Assembly: GCA_965140415.1 (NCBI GenBank)
Contig: OZ223209.1
Coordinates: 864,001-928,000, forward strand
Length of the DNA: 64,000 nt
Source: Myxococcota bacterium
Lineage (GTDB): Bacteria > Myxococcota_A > SURF-8
Reading direction: 5' to 3'
Under the pieces are notes generated by a model that saw nothing but the letters and a program-made list of their open reading frames with translations, was not told the origin of the DNA and made no database searches. Shown one piece after another: positions 54,254 to 63,794 of the stretch. The position numbers were made by a program, and so were the translations under genes. Within the stretch, counting starts at the first letter, position 1, and the number at the start of each line of letters is the position of its first letter.

Positions 54254-55071
54254 GAATGATTGCATTTTACGGAAAAGGCGGCATCGGAAAATCGACCCTC
54301 GTTTCTGCGCTTTCCACCTTGTTCGCCAAGAATGGGCATCGAGTGCTTCAGTTCGGTTGCGATCCGAAGAGCGATTCCTGCTTCACACTTTTGGACGGCC
54401 CAATCACCACCGTAATGGAAGAGTGGACAGAGCGCGGCGAGCAGGATTTGACTTTGGAGCACTGCTTGATGACGACACCCAACGGTGTCGATTGCCTTGA
54501 AGTGGGCGGTCCGCAACCGGGAAGCGGATGTGCGGGGCGAGGTATCACGAAGACTTTGGAAATGATAGGAAGCCCCACGGAGTTGAAGAATCGGTACGAC
54601 ATCGTCCTTTTCGATGTGCTGGGCGACGTGGTTTGTGGTGGTTTTTCCGCACCGATGCGTGAAGGCTACGCACAAGAAGTGTACATCGTTACTTCAGGCG
54701 AATTTCGATCGCTGTATGCAGCCAACAATATCGCTTTCGGAGTGAAGAAGAACGCCATCAACGGAACGCGGCTGGGAGGTTTGATCGCCAACTTGCGCAA
54801 TGTTCCGGAAGAAGTGGAAAAAATCGAACAACTGGCAAAGTTGCTAAAAACTCGCGTAGCCGGTGTCATCCCGCGTGACGATGCCATAGGAAAAGCCGAG
54901 TTGATGCGACGCCCGGTCGTCGATACCGACCCGAACTGTCCGGCTACCAAGGCGCTGATGAAGCTCTCCGAAACGATTTCCGCTATCGAGCAAAGCCAGC
55001 TCGTCGTTCCTGCACCATTGCCTCGCATCGAATTCGAAAATCTATTCTTCAATACCAGGTCAACGAGTTAG
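54250..55071 (+). CDS. nifH: NifH/BchL/CfbC-family ATP-dependent Fe protein (divergent paralog)
   Basis: YGKGGIGKS, GCDPKSDS, EVGGPQPGSGCAGRG, DVLGDVVCGGF, SLYAANNI; both [4Fe-4S] Cys present. Confidence 0.92.
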   Translation: MRMIAFYGKGGIGKSTLVSALSTLFAKNGHRVLQFGCDPKSDSCFTLLDGPITTVMEEWTERGEQDLTLEHCLMTTPNGVDCLEVGGPQPGSGCAGRGITKTLEMIGSPTELKNRYDIVLFDVLGDVVCGGFSAPMREGYAQEVYIVTSGEFRSLYAANNIAFGVKKNAINGTRLGGLIANLRNVPEEVEKIEQLAKLLKTRVAGVIPRDDAIGKAELMRRPVVDTDPNCPATKALMKLSETISAIEQSQLVVPAPLPRIEFENLFFNTRSTS

Positions 55072-55292
55072 AACCGGATATTACCCACCTGAAGCCTCTA
55101 CAAATGGACTAGACAAATTCTGAGCGGTGCTTCAATTGAATTCAATAAATTGAAACATTCCTACATAGGAATCAACATATTCGCTCGACGAACGGCTGAA
55201 TTATCGGTACACTGGTTTTGTAAGGAGGGGCTGACAGCAGATCGGTTGTTGTATGCGATCCGCAATCACCTAATTGAGGCGGGGTCTGAACT

Positions 55293-57767
55293 GTGCATAT
55301 CGACGAGCTGGAAAAGCGAAAAGCGGAGTTGCTGCAAGAAATCGAAGCGCTTACCGAGCGTGAGCAGGAGTTGCGTCAGAAGCTAGACGCCCTATCTAGT
55401 TCAAAAAATACCGACTGCTGTTCCGATAGTAATCGATTTCGCCTGTTAGTTGAAGCCTCCAACGATTGGATCTGGGCGGCAGATCGTAACGGGTTCATTA
55501 CCTATGCGAGTCCTCGTGTAAAAGAGGTGCTCGGCATGGACCCGGAAGAATTGGTCGGGAAGACTCCCATCGATTTGCTACCCGCAGAAGTCGCAGAACG
55601 AATTCTTGAAAACTTTTCGTTTTCAAGAGAAACCGGTGCTCCATTAGATCCGTTTGAATTTTCTCTCGAAAACAAATCTGGAAATCTGCAACAATTGGAA
55701 ATCGGGGGGCGCGCTATCCTACAAGCGGATGGCACGTTCTTGGAGTATCACGGATACCTACGTGATATCAGCCTTCGAAAACGTGCAGAGGCGGAACTGA
55801 TTGCTCATCGCGAGAAGCTTGAAAAAGTTGTTGATGAGCGCACTCAGGAAATGGATCATGCCATTCAGGAATTGACTCGGCAAATCAACAAACGCGCCGC
55901 CACAGAGCATGCCTTAATGGAAAGCGAAGCGCGCCTGCGTTCGGTAATCGACCATTCCCCATTGATCTTCTGGACGGTGAATCAGAAAGGTATCCTGACC
56001 TTCATGCAGGGGCAGGCTTTGACAAACCTCGACTGGAATTCGGAAGAACGGATCGGTCATCCCATAAACGAACTTGGCTTATTGGGAAACGAGCAGCAAA
56101 CCCGGAAAAATCTGGACCGTATCATTAGCGGTAAGAATTTGACCGTCGAAGTGGAAATCGACGGGATTACCTTCGAAAATCGCTGTGCGCCTCATTTCGA
56201 TGCCGTTGGCGATATCTCCGGGGCGATTGGTGTGGCTATCGATATTTCCGAGCGACGCAAAGCGGAACGCGCCTTAGAAACCGAACGCGAGCAACTGCTT
56301 TCCATTTTCGACAGCATGGATGAGCCGATCTACATTGCCGATCCAGATAATTACCATCTGCTCTTCGTCAATCAGGCGTTCAGCAAAATCTTCGAAACTG
56401 GTGATAACGGTTTGTGCTACCAGGTATTATACGGTCTGGATTCTCCCTGCGCCTTCTGCACGAATACGATTATTTTGCAAGAAGAACACGGGCGCTCGCA
56501 TATATGGGAATATCGAAATCGCAAAAACATGCGGTGGTATAAATGTATCGACCGAGCCATAAAATGGCCCGATGGTCGTATGGTGCGCTTTGAACTGGCG
56601 ATTGACATCACGGAAAGCAAGCTCGCCGAGATTCAATTGCAGCGCGAAAAGAAAATGTTTATCGCCGGACCGCTGGTGGCATTTAAATGGGTTGCAGATA
56701 GCGATTGGAGTTGCGAATATGTTTCGCCCAATGTCAGTCAATTCGACTATGCTCCCAGTGATTTTACCAGTGGCCTGGTCAAATATTCGGATCTTATTCA
56801 TCCCGAAGACCAGCAGCGCGTCCTCTCCGATGTCAAAACTTTTCTCGAACAGGAAAGCGATTATTCCGAGCGTGATTACCGTTTCCTGACAGGTGCGGGT
56901 TTGGTACGCTGGCTCTACGAATTCTCGGCCAAAGTGCGAGACACCAATGGTGTGGTGACGCATCTGGACAGCTACATTCTGGATATTACCGACCGCAAGC
57001 AGGCAGAGGCCGATCTGATGACCAAATCGGATGCTCTGGTGCGCAGTAATAATGACTTGCAGCAATTCGCCTACGTTGCTTCTCATGATTTGCAGGAACC
57101 GTTGCGTTCGATCGCCGGATATGTGCAATTGTTGGAGAAGAGATACGGAAAAGACTTAGACGACAAGGCCAAGCACTACATCAATCGCTCGGTAGCTGCC
57201 AGCAAACGCATGCAAAGTCTGATCAACAATCTGCTGGAATTTTCCCGTGTGGCCACCAAAGCTAAGCCTTTCGAACCGGTTCGGATTGAAGACGTTGCAT
57301 CTGAAGCTATGGAGAATCTGAAGGCTCGTATCAGCGACAGTGGCGCTAAGGTCATTTTAGGAGCCCTGCCCGAAGTGTCCGCCGACCGGAACCAACTCGG
57401 GTTGTTGATGCAGAATCTGCTTGGTAACGCGATGAAATTTATCGACAAGCGCCCACCCGAAATCCACGTCGATGCCTTGCGTACCGAAGAGACTGACGAA
57501 AATACTCCCGAAATCGCTCGTGTTCCGGGCTGGACGATCCGTGTCGCTGACAATGGTATCGGTATTGAGAAAGACTATTTCGAACGCATTTTCCAACTCT
57601 TTCAGCGTCTTCATACGCGCGAAGAGTATCCCGGTACCGGGATGGGATTGTCGATTTCCAAGCGTATTGTTGAACGTCACGGAGGATATATCTGGGTCCA
57701 ATCGCAAGTCGGCAAAGGAACCACTTTTTACTTCAGCATTCCCGATCACAGAGAGGAAACCACATGA
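55293..57767 (+). CDS. Cytoplasmic PASx4 sensor histidine kinase
   Basis: Four PAS/PAC units; FAYVASHDLQEPLR; NAMKF; DNGIG; FQRLH..YPGTGMGL. Confidence 0.92.
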   Translation: MHIDELEKRKAELLQEIEALTEREQELRQKLDALSSSKNTDCCSDSNRFRLLVEASNDWIWAADRNGFITYASPRVKEVLGMDPEELVGKTPIDLLPAEVAERILENFSFSRETGAPLDPFEFSLENKSGNLQQLEIGGRAILQADGTFLEYHGYLRDISLRKRAEAELIAHREKLEKVVDERTQEMDHAIQELTRQINKRAATEHALMESEARLRSVIDHSPLIFWTVNQKGILTFMQGQALTNLDWNSEERIGHPINELGLLGNEQQTRKNLDRIISGKNLTVEVEIDGITFENRCAPHFDAVGDISGAIGVAIDISERRKAERALETEREQLLSIFDSMDEPIYIADPDNYHLLFVNQAFSKIFETGDNGLCYQVLYGLDSPCAFCTNTIILQEEHGRSHIWEYRNRKNMRWYKCIDRAIKWPDGRMVRFELAIDITESKLAEIQLQREKKMFIAGPLVAFKWVADSDWSCEYVSPNVSQFDYAPSDFTSGLVKYSDLIHPEDQQRVLSDVKTFLEQESDYSERDYRFLTGAGLVRWLYEFSAKVRDTNGVVTHLDSYILDITDRKQAEADLMTKSDALVRSNNDLQQFAYVASHDLQEPLRSIAGYVQLLEKRYGKDLDDKAKHYINRSVAASKRMQSLINNLLEFSRVATKAKPFEPVRIEDVASEAMENLKARISDSGAKVILGALPEVSADRNQLGLLMQNLLGNAMKFIDKRPPEIHVDALRTEETDENTPEIARVPGWTIRVADNGIGIEKDYFERIFQLFQRLHTREEYPGTGMGLSISKRIVERHGGYIWVQSQVGKGTTFYFSIPDHREETT

Positions 57768-58201
57768 ATGAGCGCGCTTTGGAAATCCTGATGATCGAAG
57801 ACAACCCCGATGATGTCGAGTTGGCGATCGAGGCTTTGCAAGAAGCCAAGATGCTGATTCACATCGAGGCCGTTCATGACGGCCTGGAAGCCTTGAAGTA
57901 CCTGCGCAAAGAAGATCCTTACCAAAACAAAACAACTCCGGACCTGATCCTGCTGGATCTCAACATGCCACGCATGGATGGTCGCCAGGTTTTAGCGGAA
58001 ATCAAGCAGGATCACATTCTGCGTCGCATTCCGGTTGTAGTACTGACTACCAGTTCCGCAGAAGACGATATAATCAAAGCATATGAGCATCACGTGAACT
58101 GCTACATCACGAAGCCGGTGGATTTCGAGCAATTTTTAAAAGTCGTGCAAGCCATCGAGAATTTCTGGTTCACGGTCGTACAACTTCCTCCAAAGGAGTG
58201 A
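57764..58201 (+). CDS. Single-domain response regulator (Rcp1-like)
   Basis: EDNPDD, PDLILLDLNMP, IPVVVLTTS, YITKPVDF, FW; ATGA overlap with the kinase. Confidence 0.93.
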   Translation: MNERALEILMIEDNPDDVELAIEALQEAKMLIHIEAVHDGLEALKYLRKEDPYQNKTTPDLILLDLNMPRMDGRQVLAEIKQDHILRRIPVVVLTTSSAEDDIIKAYEHHVNCYITKPVDFEQFLKVVQAIENFWFTVVQLPPKE

Positions 58202-58205
58202 GGAC

Positions 58206-59486
58206 ATGACCAAACCCCAGGTTCGCATTCTATTGGTTGAAGATAATCCGGACGATGCTTTTTTGTTCACCGAAATGCTGGACGAAGACCTGCCATATCA
58301 TGTCAATATCGACCACGTCGAACGGTTGAAGCAAGCCATCAGCCGTGTTGAGACGCAGCGCTACGATGTGGTTTTTCTCGATTTGGGACTTCCGGAGAGC
58401 AAAGGCCTGGACACCTTTCGACTTTTTCAACCCAAAGGCGGTCATTTGCCGGTGATTCTTTTAACCGGCCTGAATGATGAGGATGTCGCATTAACGGCCT
58501 TACAGGAAGGAGCGCAGGACTTTCTGGTTAAAGGCGATGTAGACGGCAAGGAGCTAAGTCGAGCCATCCGCTACAGCATTGAACGGAAAAAAGTGCAGTT
58601 GGCATTTGAGGAAAGTGAAAAACGTTTTCGAATTCTTGCCGATGCCGCTCTGGAAGGATTGTGGTTTCATGATAAAGGCAAGGTGCTTGACGTCAATCGG
58701 GCGCTGTGCACGATGTTCGGTTACAAGGCTTCGGAATTGATCGGAAAGCAGGACTTGAGTTTTTTCTTTGAACCGGAGCCTTCAGAAGAACTGGTGCAGG
58801 CACTCTTTTTTGGCTCTGAAATCCCTTTCGAAGCCACCTGTATGCGTAAAAATGGCGAACCGTTTATCGCAGAAATCAACGATCGACCGATTCCATATCA
58901 TGGAAAAATGGTACGTGTGGTTGTGCTTCGCGATATTACGGATCGCAAGCGTATGGAAGAAGTGCTGCAACAACACGCCACAATGGACAGCCTGACAAAT
59001 TTATTCAACCGGCGCATGATTATGGATCATCTAAGCCGGGAGTTCAAATCGAGTCAACGCCATGATTATCCGTTCAGCGTTTGCCTGATCGATCTGGATA
59101 AATTCAAACAGATCAACGACACCTATGGGCACCAGGCCGGAGACGAAGTGCTGGTGCGTTTTGCCAAATTATTAAAGGAGCAACTCCGCACCGAAAATCT
59201 GGCCGGTCGCTACGGTGGTGATGAATTTATCATCCTCTTTCCACACACCAACGCATCACAGGCCGAGATCGCTTTGGAGCGTGTGCGTAAAGCGCTGGAG
59301 CAAATTGTCTTTCTCGCTGAAGATGGTGAACATTTTTCCGTTACCGGAACCTTCGGTGTGGCTGAAAATTGCCCGGAATTCAACGATCATGAAGAGTTGT
59401 TCAAAATGGCGGATCAAGCTTTGTATGCGGCCAAGGAGCGGGGACGCAACCAGGTTTATAAAATCGAAGCGAAAAACGAAAAATAA
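58206..59486 (+). CDS. REC-PAS-GGDEF diguanylate cyclase
   Basis: EDNPDD..LDLGLP receiver; PAS ending RDIT; DLDKFKQIND.YGH..GD; RYGGDEF. Confidence 0.93.
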   Translation: MTKPQVRILLVEDNPDDAFLFTEMLDEDLPYHVNIDHVERLKQAISRVETQRYDVVFLDLGLPESKGLDTFRLFQPKGGHLPVILLTGLNDEDVALTALQEGAQDFLVKGDVDGKELSRAIRYSIERKKVQLAFEESEKRFRILADAALEGLWFHDKGKVLDVNRALCTMFGYKASELIGKQDLSFFFEPEPSEELVQALFFGSEIPFEATCMRKNGEPFIAEINDRPIPYHGKMVRVVVLRDITDRKRMEEVLQQHATMDSLTNLFNRRMIMDHLSREFKSSQRHDYPFSVCLIDLDKFKQINDTYGHQAGDEVLVRFAKLLKEQLRTENLAGRYGGDEFIILFPHTNASQAEIALERVRKALEQIVFLAEDGEHFSVTGTFGVAENCPEFNDHEELFKMADQALYAAKERGRNQVYKIEAKNEK

Positions 59487-59487
59487 C

Positions 59488-59517
59488 TTGCCAACATGGC
59501 ATTGGATTTTGTAAACT
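59488..59517 (+). promoter_or_regulatory. Candidate sigma70-type promoter of tRNA-Leu
   Basis: TTGCCA-18 nt-TAAACT, 10 nt before the tRNA. Confidence 0.45.
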
Positions 59518-59527
59518 CCGTTCCCAC

Positions 59528-59614
59528 GCCGGAGTGGCGGAATTGGTAGACGCGCTAGACTCAAAATCTTGTATCCGTCAGGGTGTGAGGGTTCGAGTCC
59601 CTCCTCCGGCACCA
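59528..59614 (+). tRNA. tRNA-Leu(CAA)
   Basis: GCCGGAG acceptor stem pairing with CTCCGGC-A-CCA; D-loop GGAATTGGTAGAC; anticodon loop CT-CAA-AA; long variable arm; GTTCGAGT T-loop. Confidence 0.95.
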
Positions 59615-59616
59615 TC

Positions 59617-59664
59617 AAAAAAGACGGTCACTTGGACGATAATCCGGGTGGCCGCTTTTTTTTT
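59617..59664 (+). terminator. Terminator after tRNA (likely bidirectional)
   Basis: A6, stem CGGTCACTTGGA / TCCGGGTGGCCG, T9. Confidence 0.8.
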
Positions 59665-59775
59665 GCAGTAGATTCTATGAACATTGGAGTTATTGGCGGC
59701 TGTTTCGATTTGTGAACAAAATTGATAAATTGTCCGGCTGTGAGGCAATGACAGCGTGATCGGTATCGATACGGG

Positions 59776-60453
59776 TTAAATGTTTTTCGTTTTTTCGAGC
59801 CAGATCGCCAGTAGCGCAGCCAATCCGAACAGCAGAATCGAAATCAGACCTGGCCAATCCAGCGCCTGCCTCCAGTCTCCACTGCTCCAGATCTCCAACA
59901 CACGATCTCCCACCCAGGTCAGCATGAAGATCGCCGGAAAGGTGCCAATGGCAGTGCCGATCAGGTAATCGCGCTTGCGGATGCGACTGAGACCGGCGGA
60001 GATGCAGGCAACCGAGAAGGGAACGAAAGCCAGTCTCATAAAAGCCACTGCCAGCAGACCACGTTCTTCCAGGCGTCGATCCAGGTTCTCCATGCGATCC
60101 GGCAGGAAACGTTGCACCGATTCACGCCCCATGCGGCGTGCTAGAATGAACCAGACTAGCGCGCCGATATTGACGCAAATCACAGACAACACCATGCCCA
60201 GCAAAGGTCCGAAAAGGAAACCGGCGGTAAGGGTCAGTGAAGTAGGTGGAATGAACAACAACAAGACCAGACAAAAAAGCAGTGCGTACAACAACGGTCC
60301 GAAGGCACCGCTCGTCAATGCCCATGTGCGAATTTGATCCGGGTTCAGCAGGTTTTCCGTTACCCCGCTAAACGCCAGTGCGACAATAACCACAATCAGC
60401 GCGACCAATGCGGCTAAATGCCAGCGGCGTTTATGAAGCGGGATCGTCGCCAT
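59776..60453 (-). CDS. TVP38/TMEM64 (DedA superfamily) membrane protein
   Basis: IPPTSLTLTAGFLFG..G, F.LARRMGR, MRLAFVPF...AGLS.I....YLIGTAIG.FP. Confidence 0.9.
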   Translation of the reverse strand: MATIPLHKRRWHLAALVALIVVIVALAFSGVTENLLNPDQIRTWALTSGAFGPLLYALLFCLVLLLFIPPTSLTLTAGFLFGPLLGMVLSVICVNIGALVWFILARRMGRESVQRFLPDRMENLDRRLEERGLLAVAFMRLAFVPFSVACISAGLSRIRKRDYLIGTAIGTFPAIFMLTWVGDRVLEIWSSGDWRQALDWPGLISILLFGLAALLAIWLEKTKNI

Positions 60454-60533
60454 GCATGGCTCTTTCTGTTCTTGCTACCAGATCTTTTGGACCGTCATAC
60501 CGCGACGGTGAATGATTGTTTTCCGACCGCCTT

Positions 60534-63500
60534 TTATTTTGCCTGCGCCGTAGCTGCCGGATCGGATTTCTGGCGGTAGATCAGCAAGGTCTTCTGACCG
60601 ACGAACTCGTCGTTTTCACGAGCGACGATGTTGATGCGGTTGCTGCCTTCCTTCAGTTCGATCAACGCCGAGAAAGGCATCTGCAAGGGATTGGTGCCGC
60701 GCTTGTTCGATTTGAAATAGGCCTTATCTCCATTGGTTAGAATGTAGAGATCTTGAATGTGATTATCGTCCTGTACCTGACCCTCGATCAACAGGTGATC
60801 TACATCCGTATACAGCACCTTGCTGCTCTCTGCCAAAGTGATTACCGGCGGTCGAATGCCCGGCAATGCTTTCAGGCGAGTGGCTTTCTGACCCATGCTT
60901 TTGGAAACTTCATTTCCAGCGCGAATATAGCCTCGGCGTACCTCTTTCAAGGCGATGCCAAGCCACTCGTTGCCGATGGTTTTAACCTTGAGCAGGCTTT
61001 CTTTTTCGGCACGAGCCAACACCGGTGATTCTTCATCCGGAGAGGCATACACCGGCGTTCCGGCTGCCACGCGCACCAGCTTGCCTTTTTGCGGTGTAAA
61101 TGCCATCGGAGGCTTGATTTTAAAGGTGATTTCCTGGCTCAAAAAATCACGCAGCGTCGGATCCCAGATCGTGATATCCATCGGGAAACTGGATTCCTCC
61201 AGGCCAGGGTCTACACGGAAGGTAAAGGTGACCTCGGTGCTCTGATTTACTTTCAGTGGATCGAATTTCACTCGGCCCGTATTGATGAAGATCGCTTTAA
61301 GATTGTCGCTGTTTCGCAGTGTCGCCAGACCTTCCGCCATGTCGCCGGGACCATTGTTGAAAATGGTAACGACCAGATCCAGGGTTTCTCCGACCTGGAT
61401 CAGGTTGTCCTTGTTCCCTTTGTCGTCCACCAGTTGATAGGTGTAGGAGAAGGACGGATGCACCTGCGAGCGGATATCGAAACGCTGGGTCAGTGGTGCG
61501 GGGATGTTGTTATTGGCTTCGTAGAAACGGAAAACGACATCATCCGCGCTATCCGGGGAATCCTTTGGAATCGGCAGTTTTGCTGTGTAGGTTTTGCTTT
61601 TTCCGGGGGCGACTTTGCCCAGGAAGAATTCCAATCCATCGTAAAGCAGATTGTCCGAATCCGTGATGGCTCGCAATCTATATAGGGGGAAGTTCCCGTT
61701 ATTGGTGACTTTCAGGCTGATGTTGGCTTCGTCTCCGGCTTTTAGAATTTTTTGCGGTTTTACTGAAATCGTTGCGGCGGTCTGAGGAGTTTCGGATTTT
61801 TCCTCTTTCGTGCTCCAATTGATATGGAACTTTTTGAATGCCGCCACCATGTGCGCTTCCTGATCGCTTGCGGTTTTGGCCAAAACGTCGATGGAGCGTT
61901 GCAGCAGGATTTCACGCCGGCTGATGGCTCCTACCGTTTTCAGAATGGTGTGTGCCAACTGGGTCGTGAAATCCTTGACATGTACGTAATCCGCAGGTGC
62001 GTCGATGTCGTATTCGTCGCGTTTCTCGTCGTAGAGATATTGCAGGCTTTCAAAGGGTTTGTCGTGCATCGTGGAGGCATGCTCCAGGTGCTTGTCCAGA
62101 TCGAATTCCCGGCGCATTTTCTCGCTGGTATAAAAGTCGATATTGTCTTTTTCTATAAAGACCGGCAATAGTTCGATATCCGGCACGACACCTACGGATT
62201 GAATCGAGATGTCCCCTGGCGTCAGGTATTGCGCCACGGTCAGTTTCAGCGCTGAACCATCGTCCATCTGGTAGATCACCTGCACCGAACCTTTGCCGAA
62301 GGTACGATCGCCCAGTACGACGGCACGATTGTTGTTTTTCAGCGCTCCTGCCACGATCTCGCTGGCCGAGGCGGAGGAGGAGCCAACCTGTACGATAATG
62401 GGGTATTTGTGTTCGGTTCCCAGGAAAGAGGCTTTCTCCACTTCCAGTGCTTCGTTGCCTGCGCCTACGGTCGTCACAATGACGCCGGAGTCCAAAAACA
62501 GATCGGCCACTTTGACGGCAGCATCCAGCAAACCGCCGGGATTGCCTCGCAGATCCAGAATCAAGCCTTTCAATTTTCCCTGTTTGGACATTTCTTCCAG
62601 GGCCGAGCGGACTTCTTTGTCCGTCGTTTCGTGGAAGTTCAGGATTTGCAGGTAACCGATGTGATTGGCTAACAGCTTGTTCTTGACAGACTGGATTTTG
62701 ATGATATCCCGAATCAGATCGAAATCCTTCGGATTGGTAAAGCCTTTTCTCATCACCGATAATTTGCAGGGAGTACCGGGATCGCCGCGCATCAAACTAA
62801 CAGCCTGATCCAAAGACATGTTGACGGTGCTTTGTCCGTCGATCTTGATGATTGTATCTTTGGCTTTGATGCCAGCCCGCCAAGCCGGAGTACCGGGAAT
62901 CGGAGAGATGATCGTCAGTTTGCCGTCGCGAATGCCGATTTGAATGCCCAAGCCTCCGAACTTGCCGCGTGTGGACAGTTTCAATTCTCTGTACATTTTG
63001 GGACTGATGTGTACGCTGTGCGGGTCCAGTGTGTTGAGCATCCCGTTTATAGCGGCGTATTCCACATCTTTCGGGTCCATGTCTTTTTCGAGGTTCGGCT
63101 GCATAAAACGGAAAATATCCGAAATTCGGTATTGAATCTTCCAAACCGAGTCGATGTCTCCATAGGGGAAAGATTGCTGTTCGGTATCGACTTTTACGAG
63201 CACCTGCTTGGTCTGTTCGTTGTAGTCAACCATGACCGAGGGAACCGAGCGGGCGACTTCGTTCAATGCTGAACGGAACATGTTTTCCGGGTCAATCCGC
63301 CCAGGGTCGTAGTAGTAGTTTTTGATGTAGCTGATGACGCGAGTCATAACCACGATGGAAGACAAATTGTAGTCGGCATTGGCAACCGGTTTGGCTTCGG
63401 CGCGCTGAATACTGATTCGGGAAGGAGACTCATCGCCGTTTCGGGTGTATTGGGAATACACCAGCGCCACACCTGCCAAAACGGCAAACACACCCAAAAT

Positions 63501-63536
63501 TGCCACGATGCGAATCAACTTGGAGAATTTTTTCAT
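60534..63536 (-). CDS. Long S41 carboxyl-terminal processing protease (PDZ + S41 + C-terminal Ig-like domains; resembles the myxobacterial MXAN_5808 type)
   Basis: LDPHS, FGGLGI (PDZ), DLRGNPGG, SASASEI (catalytic Ser), TFGKGSVQ (Lys); N-terminal TM from ATG 63536. Confidence 0.9.
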   Translation of the reverse strand: MKKFSKLIRIVAILGVFAVLAGVALVYSQYTRNGDESPSRISIQRAEAKPVANADYNLSSIVVMTRVISYIKNYYYDPGRIDPENMFRSALNEVARSVPSVMVDYNEQTKQVLVKVDTEQQSFPYGDIDSVWKIQYRISDIFRFMQPNLEKDMDPKDVEYAAINGMLNTLDPHSVHISPKMYRELKLSTRGKFGGLGIQIGIRDGKLTIISPIPGTPAWRAGIKAKDTIIKIDGQSTVNMSLDQAVSLMRGDPGTPCKLSVMRKGFTNPKDFDLIRDIIKIQSVKNKLLANHIGYLQILNFHETTDKEVRSALEEMSKQGKLKGLILDLRGNPGGLLDAAVKVADLFLDSGVIVTTVGAGNEALEVEKASFLGTEHKYPIIVQVGSSSASASEIVAGALKNNNRAVVLGDRTFGKGSVQVIYQMDDGSALKLTVAQYLTPGDISIQSVGVVPDIELLPVFIEKDNIDFYTSEKMRREFDLDKHLEHASTMHDKPFESLQYLYDEKRDEYDIDAPADYVHVKDFTTQLAHTILKTVGAISRREILLQRSIDVLAKTASDQEAHMVAAFKKFHINWSTKEEKSETPQTAATISVKPQKILKAGDEANISLKVTNNGNFPLYRLRAITDSDNLLYDGLEFFLGKVAPGKSKTYTAKLPIPKDSPDSADDVVFRFYEANNNIPAPLTQRFDIRSQVHPSFSYTYQLVDDKGNKDNLIQVGETLDLVVTIFNNGPGDMAEGLATLRNSDNLKAIFINTGRVKFDPLKVNQSTEVTFTFRVDPGLEESSFPMDITIWDPTLRDFLSQEITFKIKPPMAFTPQKGKLVRVAAGTPVYASPDEESPVLARAEKESLLKVKTIGNEWLGIALKEVRRGYIRAGNEVSKSMGQKATRLKALPGIRPPVITLAESSKVLYTDVDHLLIEGQVQDDNHIQDLYILTNGDKAYFKSNKRGTNPLQMPFSALIELKEGSNRINIVARENDEFVGQKTLLIYRQKSDPAATAQAK

Positions 63537-63794
63537 TTTTGCTCCCGAGTCCAAGTGCATAGACCCCTCTATCTTATCAGAAAAACAACTATTTTTACCC
63601 GATTTGTATTGTTTGGGCAATCAATTTCTTCCTCTTCGGGTAAGAAAGGAAGGCATACTTGCACCCTGCGAAAGTAAACTTCCGCATTAATTAGAACCCA
63701 AGCCCCCACCCAATCATTCCCTATTCTTGCAATCTAAGGCAAATAGTCAGGATCGTTTTATCTTGCGAGGAAGAAGTTGCAATCCGGTTTTTGC

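Noticed and set aside
50734-55071. Bona fide N2-fixing nitrogenase
   Set aside because: P-cluster and FeMoco ligands are not evident and there is no nifB/E/N in the window.
59528-59614. tRNA-anchored integrative island
   Set aside because: No integrase and no duplicate of the tRNA 3' end noticed; the terminator follows directly.
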